A stretch of DNA of 57,636 nucleotides from an uncultured Bacilli bacterium (GTDB taxonomy: Bacteria; Bacillota_I; Bacilli_A; RF39; UBA660): positions 1 through 57,636 of the forward strand of contig CALVJW010000005.1 in the NCBI GenBank assembly GCA_944332435.1, given 5' to 3'. The notes below the pieces were generated by a model. It saw only the letters and a list, made by a program, of their open reading frames with translations, had not been told where the DNA came from and made no database searches. Below are positions 1 to 9,145 of this stretch, in pieces; position 1 is the stretch's first letter; each line of letters opens with the position of its first letter. A program made the translations under genes and the position numbers.

Positions 1-603
1 TATAAACCAGATAATAGTTTAAATCAAAATAAAAGTGGATGTATGAAATGGTATGCATTTAATGATAGTGAAAGTAGGGATACTGTAAATGTAATCTTAG
101 ATCATAATACAACTTATCAAGTAGCATGGAATTCAAGTGGAAATAATGCTGACGGAATGAACGAAGTAAAAGAAGCATTAGAAAACGATGCCAATAATTG
201 GCATGATGATGTTAAAAGCACAGCACGATTAATCGAAGCGAATGAGATTGCCAAAATTACAGGAAATACCGAGTTTGATGCAACAGTACCAGGAAAAGAT
301 AAAGTATTTTGGCTGGAGGATCCAACATTTGATTTAGATTCTGAAATTATGCCTCCACTTCCACAACCAGGCGAAGCAAAATATAAATGGTTGTTTGATT
401 ATATTGTGTCTTGTACTTATTTTGGATGTAGTGTTGCTGATGATAATACTTGGGGATATTGGACCAGTACCCCTTCAGTATCGTATAAATGGGACGCATG
501 GGGGATGGACAGCACTGGCGGCTTGGGGCACGGCAATATAGACGTTACGGAGTTCGGTGGAGTACGCCCAGTTGTGACTATCTCAAAATCTATTCTCTCA
601 TAA
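1..603 (+). CDS. 5'-truncated surface/pilin-associated protein with C-terminal CLec/DUF6273-like domain
   Basis: Frame is open from base 1 (YKPDNSLNQNKSGC-MKWYAF), so the ATG at 43 is internal. C-terminal GYWTSTP...AW...G...GVRPVV motif. Paralog of 43332-43964. Confidence 0.75.
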   Translation, partial: YKPDNSLNQNKSGCMKWYAFNDSESRDTVNVILDHNTTYQVAWNSSGNNADGMNEVKEALENDANNWHDDVKSTARLIEANEIAKITGNTEFDATVPGKDKVFWLEDPTFDLDSEIMPPLPQPGEAKYKWLFDYIVSCTYFGCSVADDNTWGYWTSTPSVSYKWDAWGMDSTGGLGHGNIDVTEFGGVRPVVTISKSILS

Positions 604-664
604 AGAGGCAAATGAAAGAAGAAAAAAACAGTGTGTGGCACTTGTATTATTGATTTGTGTTAAG

Positions 665-689
665 AGCAGTCGAAGACTGCTTTTTTTTT
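665..689 (+). terminator. Intrinsic terminator
   Basis: agcagtc-gaa-gactgct stem followed by a T run. Confidence 0.8.
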
Positions 690-708
690 AGCAACTATTA
701 TTTTTTAT

Positions 709-744
709 TTACTACTTGACAATGTAAGGTAGTAAGTATACAAT
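709..744 (+). promoter_or_regulatory. sigma-A promoter overlapped by a palindromic operator (likely PadR autoregulation)
   Basis: TTGACA (716) -17 bp- TACAAT (739). Inverted repeat TTACTAC...GTAGTAA (709-735) spans the -35. Confidence 0.7.
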
Positions 745-762
745 GATAGTGTGAGGTGATTT

Positions 763-1092
763 ATGAACGCACAATTTAAAAAAGGAGTATTGGAATTAAT
801 TGTTCTTTTGTGTGTAAGTCACAAAGATAGGTATGGTTATGAATTAATTGTTGAAGTATCAAAAATTGTTGATATTAATGATGGAACGATTTATCCGTTA
901 TTGAAAAGACTTACAAATGAAAAATACTTTGAAACTTATTTAGTAGAATCAACAGAAGGTCCCAGTCGAAAATATTATAAAATAACATCATTAGGGGAAG
1001 CTAGGTTATCAGAGTTAAAAGAAAGTTGGTTAGCCTTTTCATCGTCAATTAATGAATTTATTAGGGAGAGTGAAGAAAGTGACAAAGAATAA
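763..1092 (+). CDS. PadR-family transcriptional regulator
   Basis: KKGVLEL, YGYEL, GTIYPLLKRL and RKYYKIT motifs. Confidence 0.92.
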   Translation: MNAQFKKGVLELIVLLCVSHKDRYGYELIVEVSKIVDINDGTIYPLLKRLTNEKYFETYLVESTEGPSRKYYKITSLGEARLSELKESWLAFSSSINEFIRESEESDKE

Positions 1093-2536
1093 ATTTTTGA
1101 AAGAATTAGATAAAAGTTTATATGTTTTAGCCGAAGCGGAACGTCAAGATATTATGAATGAGTATCGTGATATTATTGAAGAAAAGATGAAACATGGAAA
1201 AACGGAGAAGGAAGCAGTAGAAGAATTTGGGAGTATTGAAGAACTATCAAGAGAAATTTTATCAGCATATAAAGTAAATCCAAATTATGATAAAAAAGAA
1301 GATGATTTAAAAGAAAGTGCGAAAAAGTTAGGAAATGATTTTGATTCTTTTGTAAAGAAAGGTGCAACGAAAGCAACAGAATTTACCAAAGAACTAGTAG
1401 AAGAAATAAAAAATAAAAATCAAGACATTACGATTGAATTTGTTTTTGAATTATTATTTAAAGCGTTTGCAACGTTAATTATTATGTTTATTGCAACGAT
1501 TCCATTCTTTATAATTAAACAAATAGGAAATAGTATTTTAAATATGGCGGTTTATCCAATTAACAAAATCTTACTCGCTTTATGGAGTTTAATAATAACC
1601 GTATTGTTTATTGGATGTTGTTTTTTAATCTTTATCGCAATGTTTAAACAATATTTTAGAAAAAATGAGAATAATAAAAGTGTAAAAAAAGAAGAAAAAG
1701 AGCCAACCTTAAAACAGGAAGAGAATAAGAATGAAAAAGATTCTACAATAAAATTGGAAGAAAAGAAAGTAGCAAAAGTAAAAAAGAAAAGGGATGGGAC
1801 ACCTCTATTAGATGTATTTATGGCGCTAACGAAAGTAGTTTTAGTTATGATGATGATTCCACTGATTATCTTTAATATTTCTCTTTTAATTGGAATTGTT
1901 ATGAGTATTTACTTTTTAATAAAAGGGATTATGATATTTGGAATTTTAATTGGTTTAATTGGATTATTTATTTTCTTTGGATACTTACAAAAAATGATAT
2001 TTGATGTGCTTTTTTTCCATAAAAAATTTCATATTTATCCATATATCATTGGAGTCGTTTTATGTATTATTGGTGGTGTTTTATGTTTTGATCGTGTTAT
2101 GAGTTTAAATTATTATGATGAGGCACCAAAACATCATTTACAAGAAATTACTAATGTAGAGGAATTTAATATTACAACTGATATTGTTCAAATTGAATAT
2201 TGGGATTACCGTTATCATGTAAAAGCAGTTGTTAATCAGACCCTAAAAGATAATCAAATGAAAGTTACAACCACTAATTATCAAGGAACGATTAGAGATG
2301 CAAGATTAACATCGAATGATTTGTATACGAATGAAAATAATCAAACTGTAGAATCATTTTCTATTCAAACTAGAGAAACAAGTTTCTTATCAAAAGAAAT
2401 GAAAGAAGTATGGCAGTTAATGATCGATAATTTTAACAATAATAAAATTTATAATTATGAAAAATTAAATGACGTAGAAATTATCATTGAAACGAATGCA
2501 TCAACTGCAAAAAAATTGAAACTTTATAACTATTAG
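1079..2536 (+). CDS. DUF1700/HAAS-domain membrane protein
   Basis: N-terminal FLKEL...ERQDIMNEY...GKTEKEAVEEFGS followed by TM helices. Usual PadR partner. Probable GTG start at 1079. Confidence 0.75.
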   Translation: MTKNKFLKELDKSLYVLAEAERQDIMNEYRDIIEEKMKHGKTEKEAVEEFGSIEELSREILSAYKVNPNYDKKEDDLKESAKKLGNDFDSFVKKGATKATEFTKELVEEIKNKNQDITIEFVFELLFKAFATLIIMFIATIPFFIIKQIGNSILNMAVYPINKILLALWSLIITVLFIGCCFLIFIAMFKQYFRKNENNKSVKKEEKEPTLKQEENKNEKDSTIKLEEKKVAKVKKKRDGTPLLDVFMALTKVVLVMMMIPLIIFNISLLIGIVMSIYFLIKGIMIFGILIGLIGLFIFFGYLQKMIFDVLFFHKKFHIYPYIIGVVLCIIGGVLCFDRVMSLNYYDEAPKHHLQEITNVEEFNITTDIVQIEYWDYRYHVKAVVNQTLKDNQMKVTTTNYQGTIRDARLTSNDLYTNENNQTVESFSIQTRETSFLSKEMKEVWQLMIDNFNNNKIYNYEKLNDVEIIIETNASTAKKLKLYNY

Positions 2537-2558
2537 AAACGAGAAATCGTTTCTTTTT

Positions 2559-2591
2559 TGTCGATGAAAATAAAGTTCTAGTTTTGTCGAA
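2559..2591 (+). promoter_or_regulatory. Spo0A boxes upstream of spoIIA
   Basis: TGTCGAA at 2585-2591 (consensus TGNCGAA) and TGTCGAT at 2559-2565, upstream of a known Spo0A target operon. Confidence 0.65.
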
Positions 2592-2646
2592 ACTGTATAA
2601 TTTTTTATTTTGGCGTGCTAAATTATAGTAGCAAGAGGGTGATAGA

Positions 2647-2982
2647 TTGTTAGAAATTAATATGGAATTTCGAAAAGGAATATTATTTGTTAGACTTATT
2701 GGCAAATTAACAAAATATACGGTTTCTGTATTAGAAAAAGAAGTAACAAGAGTGGTAAAAGAGTATGGAATTGGAAATGTTGTATTTAATGTATCTGGTT
2801 TAACAGAACTAGATCAAGTAGGGATGCAAGCACTTATTCAAAATGGACATAATCATGGAAAACTTGTGATTTGTGGATTAGAACAAAAAGAAATGAAAAA
2901 ACAGATGAAAAAACAGCACATGTTTGATTATTTAATGGAAGTGAGTGATGAACTAAGTGCGTTACATTATTTAGAAAGGTAG
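2647..2982 (+). CDS. spoIIAA: Anti-sigma-F antagonist (STAS domain), divergent
   Basis: GILFVRLIGKL...VVFNVSGLTELD..G...KLVICG. Directly upstream of sigF. Confidence 0.75.
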   Translation: MLEINMEFRKGILFVRLIGKLTKYTVSVLEKEVTRVVKEYGIGNVVFNVSGLTELDQVGMQALIQNGHNHGKLVICGLEQKEMKKQMKKQHMFDYLMEVSDELSALHYLER

Positions 2983-2985
2983 AAA

Positions 2986-3657
2986 ATGATGAAAGAGAGT
3001 TTAGAACAATTAATTGTAGAAAATGCCAATTTAATTTATAAAATAGCGAATATGTTTCGTAATAGTAATTGTGATATGGATGATTTAAAACAAGTTGGGA
3101 AAATGGGATTTATTGAAGCTTATCAACATTTTGATTCTAGTCATGGGGTAAAATTTACAACTTATGCTTATCCTTACATTTATGGAGCTATTAGCAAATA
3201 TGTAAGAGAAAATAAAGGCTTAAAAATTAGTAGAGAATTAACGAAACTATATTACAAAATAGAAAAAGCTTCTCTATTACTTACACAAAGGTTTTTTCGA
3301 GAACCGACAACATTAGAATTAGCGAATGAATTAAATTTACCGGAAGATATCATTATTGAAGCATTATTGTCAAAAAATACCATTCATAGTATTGATGAAC
3401 CAGTAGGTAAAAAAGATAAAGAATTAACATTACATGAAGTAATTCAAGATCCAGTTATCATTGATATTGATGATCATATGATGTTAGAAGAAGCGTTACA
3501 GTATTTAACAGAAGAAGAATATGCATTAGTAGAAAATCGTTACATAAAAGAACTAACGCAAAGTGAAGTAGCATCATTACTTCATACCAGTCAAGTACAA
3601 GTATCAAGAAAAGAACAGAAAGTAATGAAAAAATTAAGAAGTTATATGATGAGCTAA
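2986..3657 (+). CDS. sigF: Forespore sigma factor SigF
   Basis: DDLKQVG, KFTTYAYPYIYG and LTQSEVA..L..SQVQVSR motifs. Lies between spoIIAA and spoVA. Confidence 0.85.
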   Translation: MMKESLEQLIVENANLIYKIANMFRNSNCDMDDLKQVGKMGFIEAYQHFDSSHGVKFTTYAYPYIYGAISKYVRENKGLKISRELTKLYYKIEKASLLLTQRFFREPTTLELANELNLPEDIIIEALLSKNTIHSIDEPVGKKDKELTLHEVIQDPVIIDIDDHMMLEEALQYLTEEEYALVENRYIKELTQSEVASLLHTSQVQVSRKEQKVMKKLRSYMMS

Positions 3658-3681
3658 CTTGGAAAATTTTCCAAGTTTTTT
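3656..3681 (+). terminator. Terminator hairpin after sigF
   Basis: aacttggaaa/tttccaagtt plus T run. Confidence 0.65.
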
Positions 3682-3710
3682 GCATAAAAAATAAATTTTA
3701 TCGCACATTA
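3682..3710 (+). promoter_or_regulatory. SigG/SigF-type promoter for spoVA
   Basis: GCATA -17 bp- CACATTA, matching the SigG consensus GNATA/CATNNTA with one mismatch. Confidence 0.55.
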
Positions 3711-3725
3711 GTAATAGGTGATAAG

Positions 3726-4166
3726 ATGGAAAAAAATAAATATAAAGAACTTGTTACAAAAAATACACCGAAAGAAAATCGGTTGTATAATGGGATGCTT
3801 GCCTTTTTAATTGGTGGGTTAGTAGGAGTCATTGGCCAACTTCTTATAGATTTTTATTCTTGGAAATTTCATATTCCTACAACCGAAGCATCTAGCTATA
3901 TGATTGTAACGCTTATTTTTGTTGGTTGTATTCTAACTTGTTTTGGATTTTTTGATAAATGGGTAAACTTTGCAAAAGCAGGACTTATCGTACCAATTAC
4001 GGGATTTGCCCATTCTATGATGAGTGCAGCACTTGAGTACAGAAAAGAAGGAATGGTAACGGGAATTGGTGCTAATATGTTGAAATTAGCCGGATCTGTT
4101 ATTATATTTGGCGTTGTAAGTGCTTACCTTTTTGGTATGATTCGATTTATAATATTTGGAGGTTAA
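3726..4166 (+). CDS. spoVAC: Stage V sporulation protein AC
   Basis: AFLIGG..GVIGQ, AGLIVPITGFA and KLAGSVIIFG motifs. Confidence 0.93.
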   Translation: MEKNKYKELVTKNTPKENRLYNGMLAFLIGGLVGVIGQLLIDFYSWKFHIPTTEASSYMIVTLIFVGCILTCFGFFDKWVNFAKAGLIVPITGFAHSMMSAALEYRKEGMVTGIGANMLKLAGSVIIFGVVSAYLFGMIRFIIFGG

Positions 4167-4169
4167 ACT

Positions 4170-5159
4170 ATGACATTTCGTTATAATAATGTTTATATTA
4201 ATGAAACAGGGACGGTTGCTGGTCCTTATGAAAAAAAAGGATTACTAAATAGTTATTTTGACAAAACGTATCAAGATTTTTATTTTGGAAAAACATCTTG
4301 GGAACAAGCAGAATCAAAATTAATAGAGGATAGTGTAGAAATTGTTTTAAATAAAATAGGAAAAACGAAATTTGATATAGATGTTCATATTTCCGGTGAT
4401 TTATTAAATCAAATTACGGCTTCTAATTATGCATCGTCTAATTTAAAAATACCTTATTTAGGAATTTATAGTGCTTGTGCGACAAGTGTAGAGGGACTGA
4501 TTATTGGTGCCAATATGATTGAAGCAAAACAAATTCAACATTGTATTTGTTCTACCTCTAGTCATAATAATGCTGCAGAAAAACAATTTCGTTATCCAGT
4601 TGAGTATGGTGGACCAAAACCGAAGACTACAACGTTTACAACTACTGGTGCCGCTAGTGCATATTTAACTTATCATAAATCTGGAATGAAAGTAGATAGT
4701 GCGACAATTGGAATTGTACAAGACTTAGGTATAAAAGATGTCTATCATATGGGTGCAGTAATGGCTCCTGCAGCAGCTGATACGATTTATCGTCATTTGC
4801 GTGATACGAAACGGGAAATTGGTTATTATGATTTGATTTTAACAGGAGATTTAGGAATTTATGGGAAACAAATCTTAAAAGATTATATGCAAACTGAGTA
4901 TAATATAGTATTAAAAAATTATGAGGATACAGCTTGTTTAATTTATGATCCTAATAATCATGAACATTATGCCGGTGGTAGTGGACCTGCTTGTGCTCCA
5001 TTAGTTACTTATAGTTATATTTTTGATAAAATGCGTAAAAAAGAATATCGCCGTGTTTTATTAGTTGCAACTGGTGCTTTAATGTCACCAACAATGGTAA
5101 ATCAAAAATTAACAATTCCTAGTATTGCTCATGCAATTAGTTTGGAGGTAGTTGAATGA
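4170..5159 (+). CDS. spoVAD: Stage V sporulation protein AD
   Basis: GDLLNQ, AEKQFRYPVEYG, MGAVMAPAA, GGSG and ATGALMSP motifs. Confidence 0.96.
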   Translation: MTFRYNNVYINETGTVAGPYEKKGLLNSYFDKTYQDFYFGKTSWEQAESKLIEDSVEIVLNKIGKTKFDIDVHISGDLLNQITASNYASSNLKIPYLGIYSACATSVEGLIIGANMIEAKQIQHCICSTSSHNNAAEKQFRYPVEYGGPKPKTTTFTTTGAASAYLTYHKSGMKVDSATIGIVQDLGIKDVYHMGAVMAPAAADTIYRHLRDTKREIGYYDLILTGDLGIYGKQILKDYMQTEYNIVLKNYEDTACLIYDPNNHEHYAGGSGPACAPLVTYSYIFDKMRKKEYRRVLLVATGALMSPTMVNQKLTIPSIAHAISLEVVE

Positions 5160-5506
5160 TCTATGTAAACGCGTTTTTATTTTGTGGTATCATTTGTTTA
5201 ATTGGTCAAATTATCTTAGATAATACCAAGCTAACACCTGGTCATGTTACAACGATTTTTGTTTGTGTAGGTGCTTTTCTAGATTCTTTTGCTTTTTATG
5301 ACAAAATGATTCAATTATGTGGTGGTGGAGCTTTAGTTCCAATTACGAGTTTTGGACACTCTCTCATTCATGGTGCTTTAGATCAGGCTTCTGATTTAGG
5401 ATTTATCGGTCTTTTATCTGGAATATTTAGTTTAACATCTGTTGGAATTATTTCCGCTATCATCTTTTCCTTCTTTTTATCCCTTATATTTCAACCAAAA
5501 GACTAG
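5156..5506 (+). CDS. spoVAE: Stage V sporulation protein AE(b)
   Basis: GIICLIGQIILDNTKLTPGH and GGGALVPITSFG motifs. Confidence 0.92.
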   Translation: MIYVNAFLFCGIICLIGQIILDNTKLTPGHVTTIFVCVGAFLDSFAFYDKMIQLCGGGALVPITSFGHSLIHGALDQASDLGFIGLLSGIFSLTSVGIISAIIFSFFLSLIFQPKD

Positions 5507-5575
5507 AATATCTAAAATAATAGATATTCTTTTTGAATTATGGTATAATGATACGGATGTGAAAGGGAGAGGAAT

Positions 5576-6973
5576 ATGAGAGTCAATATTACAACCGATT
5601 CTAGAAAGGTACAATCTGGTGATATTTTCGTTGCTGTAAAAGGATATACCGTAGATGGACATGACTTTATTGAAAAAGCAATTGCAAATGGTGCATCAAA
5701 AATTATCTGTAATCATGGTAGTTATGATGTGGAAACAATTGTGGTAGAAGATACATTAGGATATATGAGTACGTACTTAAAAGAACATTATGGTAAATAT
5801 TTAGAACAGATGAAATTAATCGCGATTACTGGTACAAATGGAAAAACAACAACTGCTTGTTTACTACATAATGCTCTAAATAGTATTGGACATAAATGTG
5901 CTTATATTGGAACAATTGGTTTTTATGTAGGAAAGAAAATCTGTGCTTTGAATAATACAACGCCTGCTTTAGATGACTTATATCGTTTATTTATGGATGC
6001 CTATGAAATGGGATGTGAATATCTTGTTATGGAAGTAAGTAGTCAAGGTCTAGCGAATCGTAGAGTAGAACAAATTCTTTATGATTATGCAGTATTTACG
6101 AATTTGACACAAGATCACTTAGATTTTCATAAAACAATGGGAAATTATGCACTAGCAAAACAGCAATTATTTAGACAATTAAAACCAGGTGGAAAGGCTC
6201 TAGTAAATGCTGATGACTCATTTAAACAATATTATTTGTTAGAAGAAAATGAAAACATTACCTATGGCTTACAAATGGGAGATTATAAAGCAGAAAATAT
6301 TCGTATGACACATCGTGGTTCTAGTTTTCGATTACGTACGAAAGACTTTTTAGAAACCATTGAAACACCATTGATTGGCAATTATAATATTTATAATGTT
6401 TTAGTAGTCATTGTATTATTATTACAACTAGGGTTATCAATCGAAGAAGTAAAAAATATTATCGTGAAATTGAAAGCCCCAGATGGTCGTATGGATACCG
6501 TTGCTTATGGTACCAATAGTATTATTGTTGATTATGCGCATACACCAGATGCGATTAAAAATTTATTGGATACAATGAAAGGTGTTGCAACTTCTCATAT
6601 TTATGCAGTATTTGGGTGCACTGGAGATCGGGATCGTTTAAAACGACCAATTATGACAAAAATGGTAACGGATATGGTAGATTATGCTATTATAACGATT
6701 GATGATCCACATAATGAAGATCCAAGACACGTTGTTTCAGATATGATAGAGGGATTAGATAATACCAATTACGAAGTAATTTTAAATCGTGGTAAAGCAA
6801 TCGAAAGAGGAATTGATTTACTAAAAGAAGAAGATATTCTACTTATTTTAGGAAAAGGACATGAAAGTGTTATTATTATGAAAGATAAAAAAATTCCTTT
6901 TAATGATAAAGAACATGTTATTCAATATATAAAAGAAAAAGAAGCTGTTTTTAGCAATTTGGAGGTGGATTAA
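5576..6973 (+). CDS. murE: MurE ligase paralog 1 (DDPH motif, probably L-Lys-adding)
   Basis: DSRKV, GTNGKTT, EVSS, DHLDFH, DYAHTPD and GKGHE motifs. Confidence 0.92.
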   Translation: MRVNITTDSRKVQSGDIFVAVKGYTVDGHDFIEKAIANGASKIICNHGSYDVETIVVEDTLGYMSTYLKEHYGKYLEQMKLIAITGTNGKTTTACLLHNALNSIGHKCAYIGTIGFYVGKKICALNNTTPALDDLYRLFMDAYEMGCEYLVMEVSSQGLANRRVEQILYDYAVFTNLTQDHLDFHKTMGNYALAKQQLFRQLKPGGKALVNADDSFKQYYLLEENENITYGLQMGDYKAENIRMTHRGSSFRLRTKDFLETIETPLIGNYNIYNVLVVIVLLLQLGLSIEEVKNIIVKLKAPDGRMDTVAYGTNSIIVDYAHTPDAIKNLLDTMKGVATSHIYAVFGCTGDRDRLKRPIMTKMVTDMVDYAIITIDDPHNEDPRHVVSDMIEGLDNTNYEVILNRGKAIERGIDLLKEEDILLILGKGHESVIIMKDKKIPFNDKEHVIQYIKEKEAVFSNLEVD

Positions 6974-7504
6974 TTGATTACAGATGATCAAAATAAATTT
7001 TTGATAGAACGAAATGGTAGATATGAATATTATGATTTTAATTTATATCCAGCTTATTTGATTCATCCACAAGCACAATTATTTATTACACCAACTGGTG
7101 AAAGCTATGTGGTAAGAAACCTGGATACAGCAGCAAATGGTGTTAGTCATTTTGAATTTGCGAAAATGTTAGTAAATAGTAAAATTTTTAGTTTAAGAGA
7201 GTTAGAAGAAGCAAAACATAATCCAAGTGCCAAAAGATGGGTAGTGGAGAGAAATTATTCAGAATCTAATTCAGAATTAGAATATTTAATTGAAGAAAAA
7301 GGATTTATTTTATTTTCTCCACCAACAAATGCTCAGTCGAAAAAAGTTCTTATTCCAAGAGCATTTTTTCCTAGTAATTTATCGTTGCTAACGAATATTC
7401 AAATTAATACATTTCTAACATTTTATGAAAGAGAAGGAACGATGGAATTACCAAAAGAATTTGAAGAGACGTTATATCAAATGGTAGTAACAAAAAACAA
7501 ATAA
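6974..7504 (+). CDS. Hypothetical protein
   Basis: 176-aa ORF abutting murE with a GGAGG SD. No motif recognised. Confidence 0.6.
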   Translation: MITDDQNKFLIERNGRYEYYDFNLYPAYLIHPQAQLFITPTGESYVVRNLDTAANGVSHFEFAKMLVNSKIFSLRELEEAKHNPSAKRWVVERNYSESNSELEYLIEEKGFILFSPPTNAQSKKVLIPRAFFPSNLSLLTNIQINTFLTFYEREGTMELPKEFEETLYQMVVTKNK

Positions 7505-7532
7505 AAAATTGTACAAGTCGTACAATTTTTTT
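7503..7532. terminator. Bidirectional terminator
   Basis: aaaaaattgtac-aagtc-gtacaattttttt between convergent genes. Confidence 0.75.
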
Positions 7533-8478
7533 ATTTATTCTCAATAAAGTAAGCATAATATTCATCAAAAGTAATACCAAGTTCATGAATTTTTTTGGCA
7601 ACATCAACACCAACATAACGGTAGTGCCATGATTCATAATCATACCCTGTAATATCTTCTTTTCCTTTTGGATATCTTAAAATAAATCCATATTCATGAG
7701 CATGCTTTTGTAACCATTTAAATTCATCAGTATTTTCAAAATCATTTAATATACTATTATAAGTAACAATGTCTAAAGTATAACCAGTTTGATGTTCTGA
7801 AGAACCTGCTCTTGCAGAAATGCTATCTGCCCAAGCTTGTCCTTGTTGATCTTTATATCGATTCCATAAAATTTCTTGTGTTTCATAGTCACGATAAGAA
7901 GAAGTAATAATTAAAGTTAAATTTTCTTTTTTGGCAGCATTCCACATATCTAAGAAAGCATCAAATACTTCTTCTTTTATTTCATTTTCGCCATAACAAT
8001 ATTGATTACTAATTGAAACAATATTGGTTGGTTGATAATCTTTTCCAAGTGCATAATATTTATTAACTAACATTAATTCTTTTTTACTAGTATCTGTTTT
8101 TTTAGAATTTTCGTAAAATTCTCTATCACGATTGACATTGACGAGTGTTACAACATCTTTCATACTTTTATTTGGATGTTTTTTACTATAAGCTAAATAA
8201 CGGTCTAAATGATCTAATAGGAAATATTGTTCTTGTAATAAGGATACCATATTTTTGTGATATTCTTTTTTTAAAATCGTATCGATTTCTTTTGGACTTT
8301 GTTTTAAAATTATTTCAATTTCATCTTTTTGGTATCCTATTTGTTTTAATAAATAGGAGTTACTATGGATATATTGAAAGTAAGAAAATCCTCCAATTCC
8401 AACACCAATTAATAAAATAAGACCAATGAGACAATTACGTATTCTTTTTTTTCTTAATCTTCTTTTTTTCTTTTTCAT
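7531..8478 (-). CDS. Membrane-anchored M15B (VanY/LdcB-like) carboxypeptidase
   Basis: SSYR, SEHQTG...D and YESWHYRYVG motifs. N-terminal basic stretch plus TM helix. Confidence 0.9.
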   Translation of the reverse strand: MKKKKRRLRKKRIRNCLIGLILLIGVGIGGFSYFQYIHSNSYLLKQIGYQKDEIEIILKQSPKEIDTILKKEYHKNMVSLLQEQYFLLDHLDRYLAYSKKHPNKSMKDVVTLVNVNRDREFYENSKKTDTSKKELMLVNKYYALGKDYQPTNIVSISNQYCYGENEIKEEVFDAFLDMWNAAKKENLTLIITSSYRDYETQEILWNRYKDQQGQAWADSISARAGSSEHQTGYTLDIVTYNSILNDFENTDEFKWLQKHAHEYGFILRYPKGKEDITGYDYESWHYRYVGVDVAKKIHELGITFDEYYAYFIENK

Positions 8479-9021
8479 ATTCTCACCATTACTATTATAA
8501 AATAATTTTTTTAATATCGCAATGAAAACAAGAAGTGGAATGTCAACCTGTTATTTGTTTCATTAAGTTATTAGCGAAGTGACTTATAAAAATAAAAGGT
8601 ACCCTAGAAAAGGGAAATTGGGAGATGCTTTTATTGCAATGAAAATTTTTATAAAGGTGGACATGATTATGTTAAAGAACCCATGTTTATTATTCAAAAT
8701 ATGCTTCAAAATTTAGATAGAAAAATTATGAAACAGAAGAAAATTGTATGATAACTATGACTAAGGGTATACAAAAGTGTGAAAAAAGTGATATATTGTT
8801 AGTACTTGAAAAAAGGGTATGGGGAGTATCAGATTATAAAAGAAAATATATTTTAGTGATCGAGAAATTATCGAGAACTTAATAAGATAATAGAGGTGAT
8901 AGTATGTTAATCCTGACAAAAGCGATTCTAGCAATGCTAATAGGTTTTATTCTTTCCATAATAATGGGATTAATTGCCGTTCCTTTACTTAAAAAATTGA
9001 AAATCAAACAAAAAGTAAGTA
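8461..9021 (+). pseudogene. Decayed tandem duplicate of promoter-murE2-mraY(5') with ~1 kb internal deletion
   Basis: 8461-8680 aligns to 9022-9240, and 8675-9021 aligns to ~10258-10611. Start codon lost and frameshifts present. Confidence 0.88.
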
Positions 9022-9145
9022 TCTTTTTTTCTTTTTTATATTCCTACCATTATTATAATAAAATCACTTTTTTGCTATCGCAACGAAAACAAAAAGTGGA
9101 GTATCAATCTATCATTTTTTACATAAGTTACTAGTGAGGTGGCTT

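Noticed and set aside
7531-8478. Vancomycin-resistance vanY
   Set aside because: No vanHAX/vanRS nearby. The M15B family includes housekeeping carboxypeptidases.
8904-9134. 76-aa ORF as a second mraY
   Set aside because: Only the first ~40 codons match MraY. The rest is duplicated intergenic sequence.
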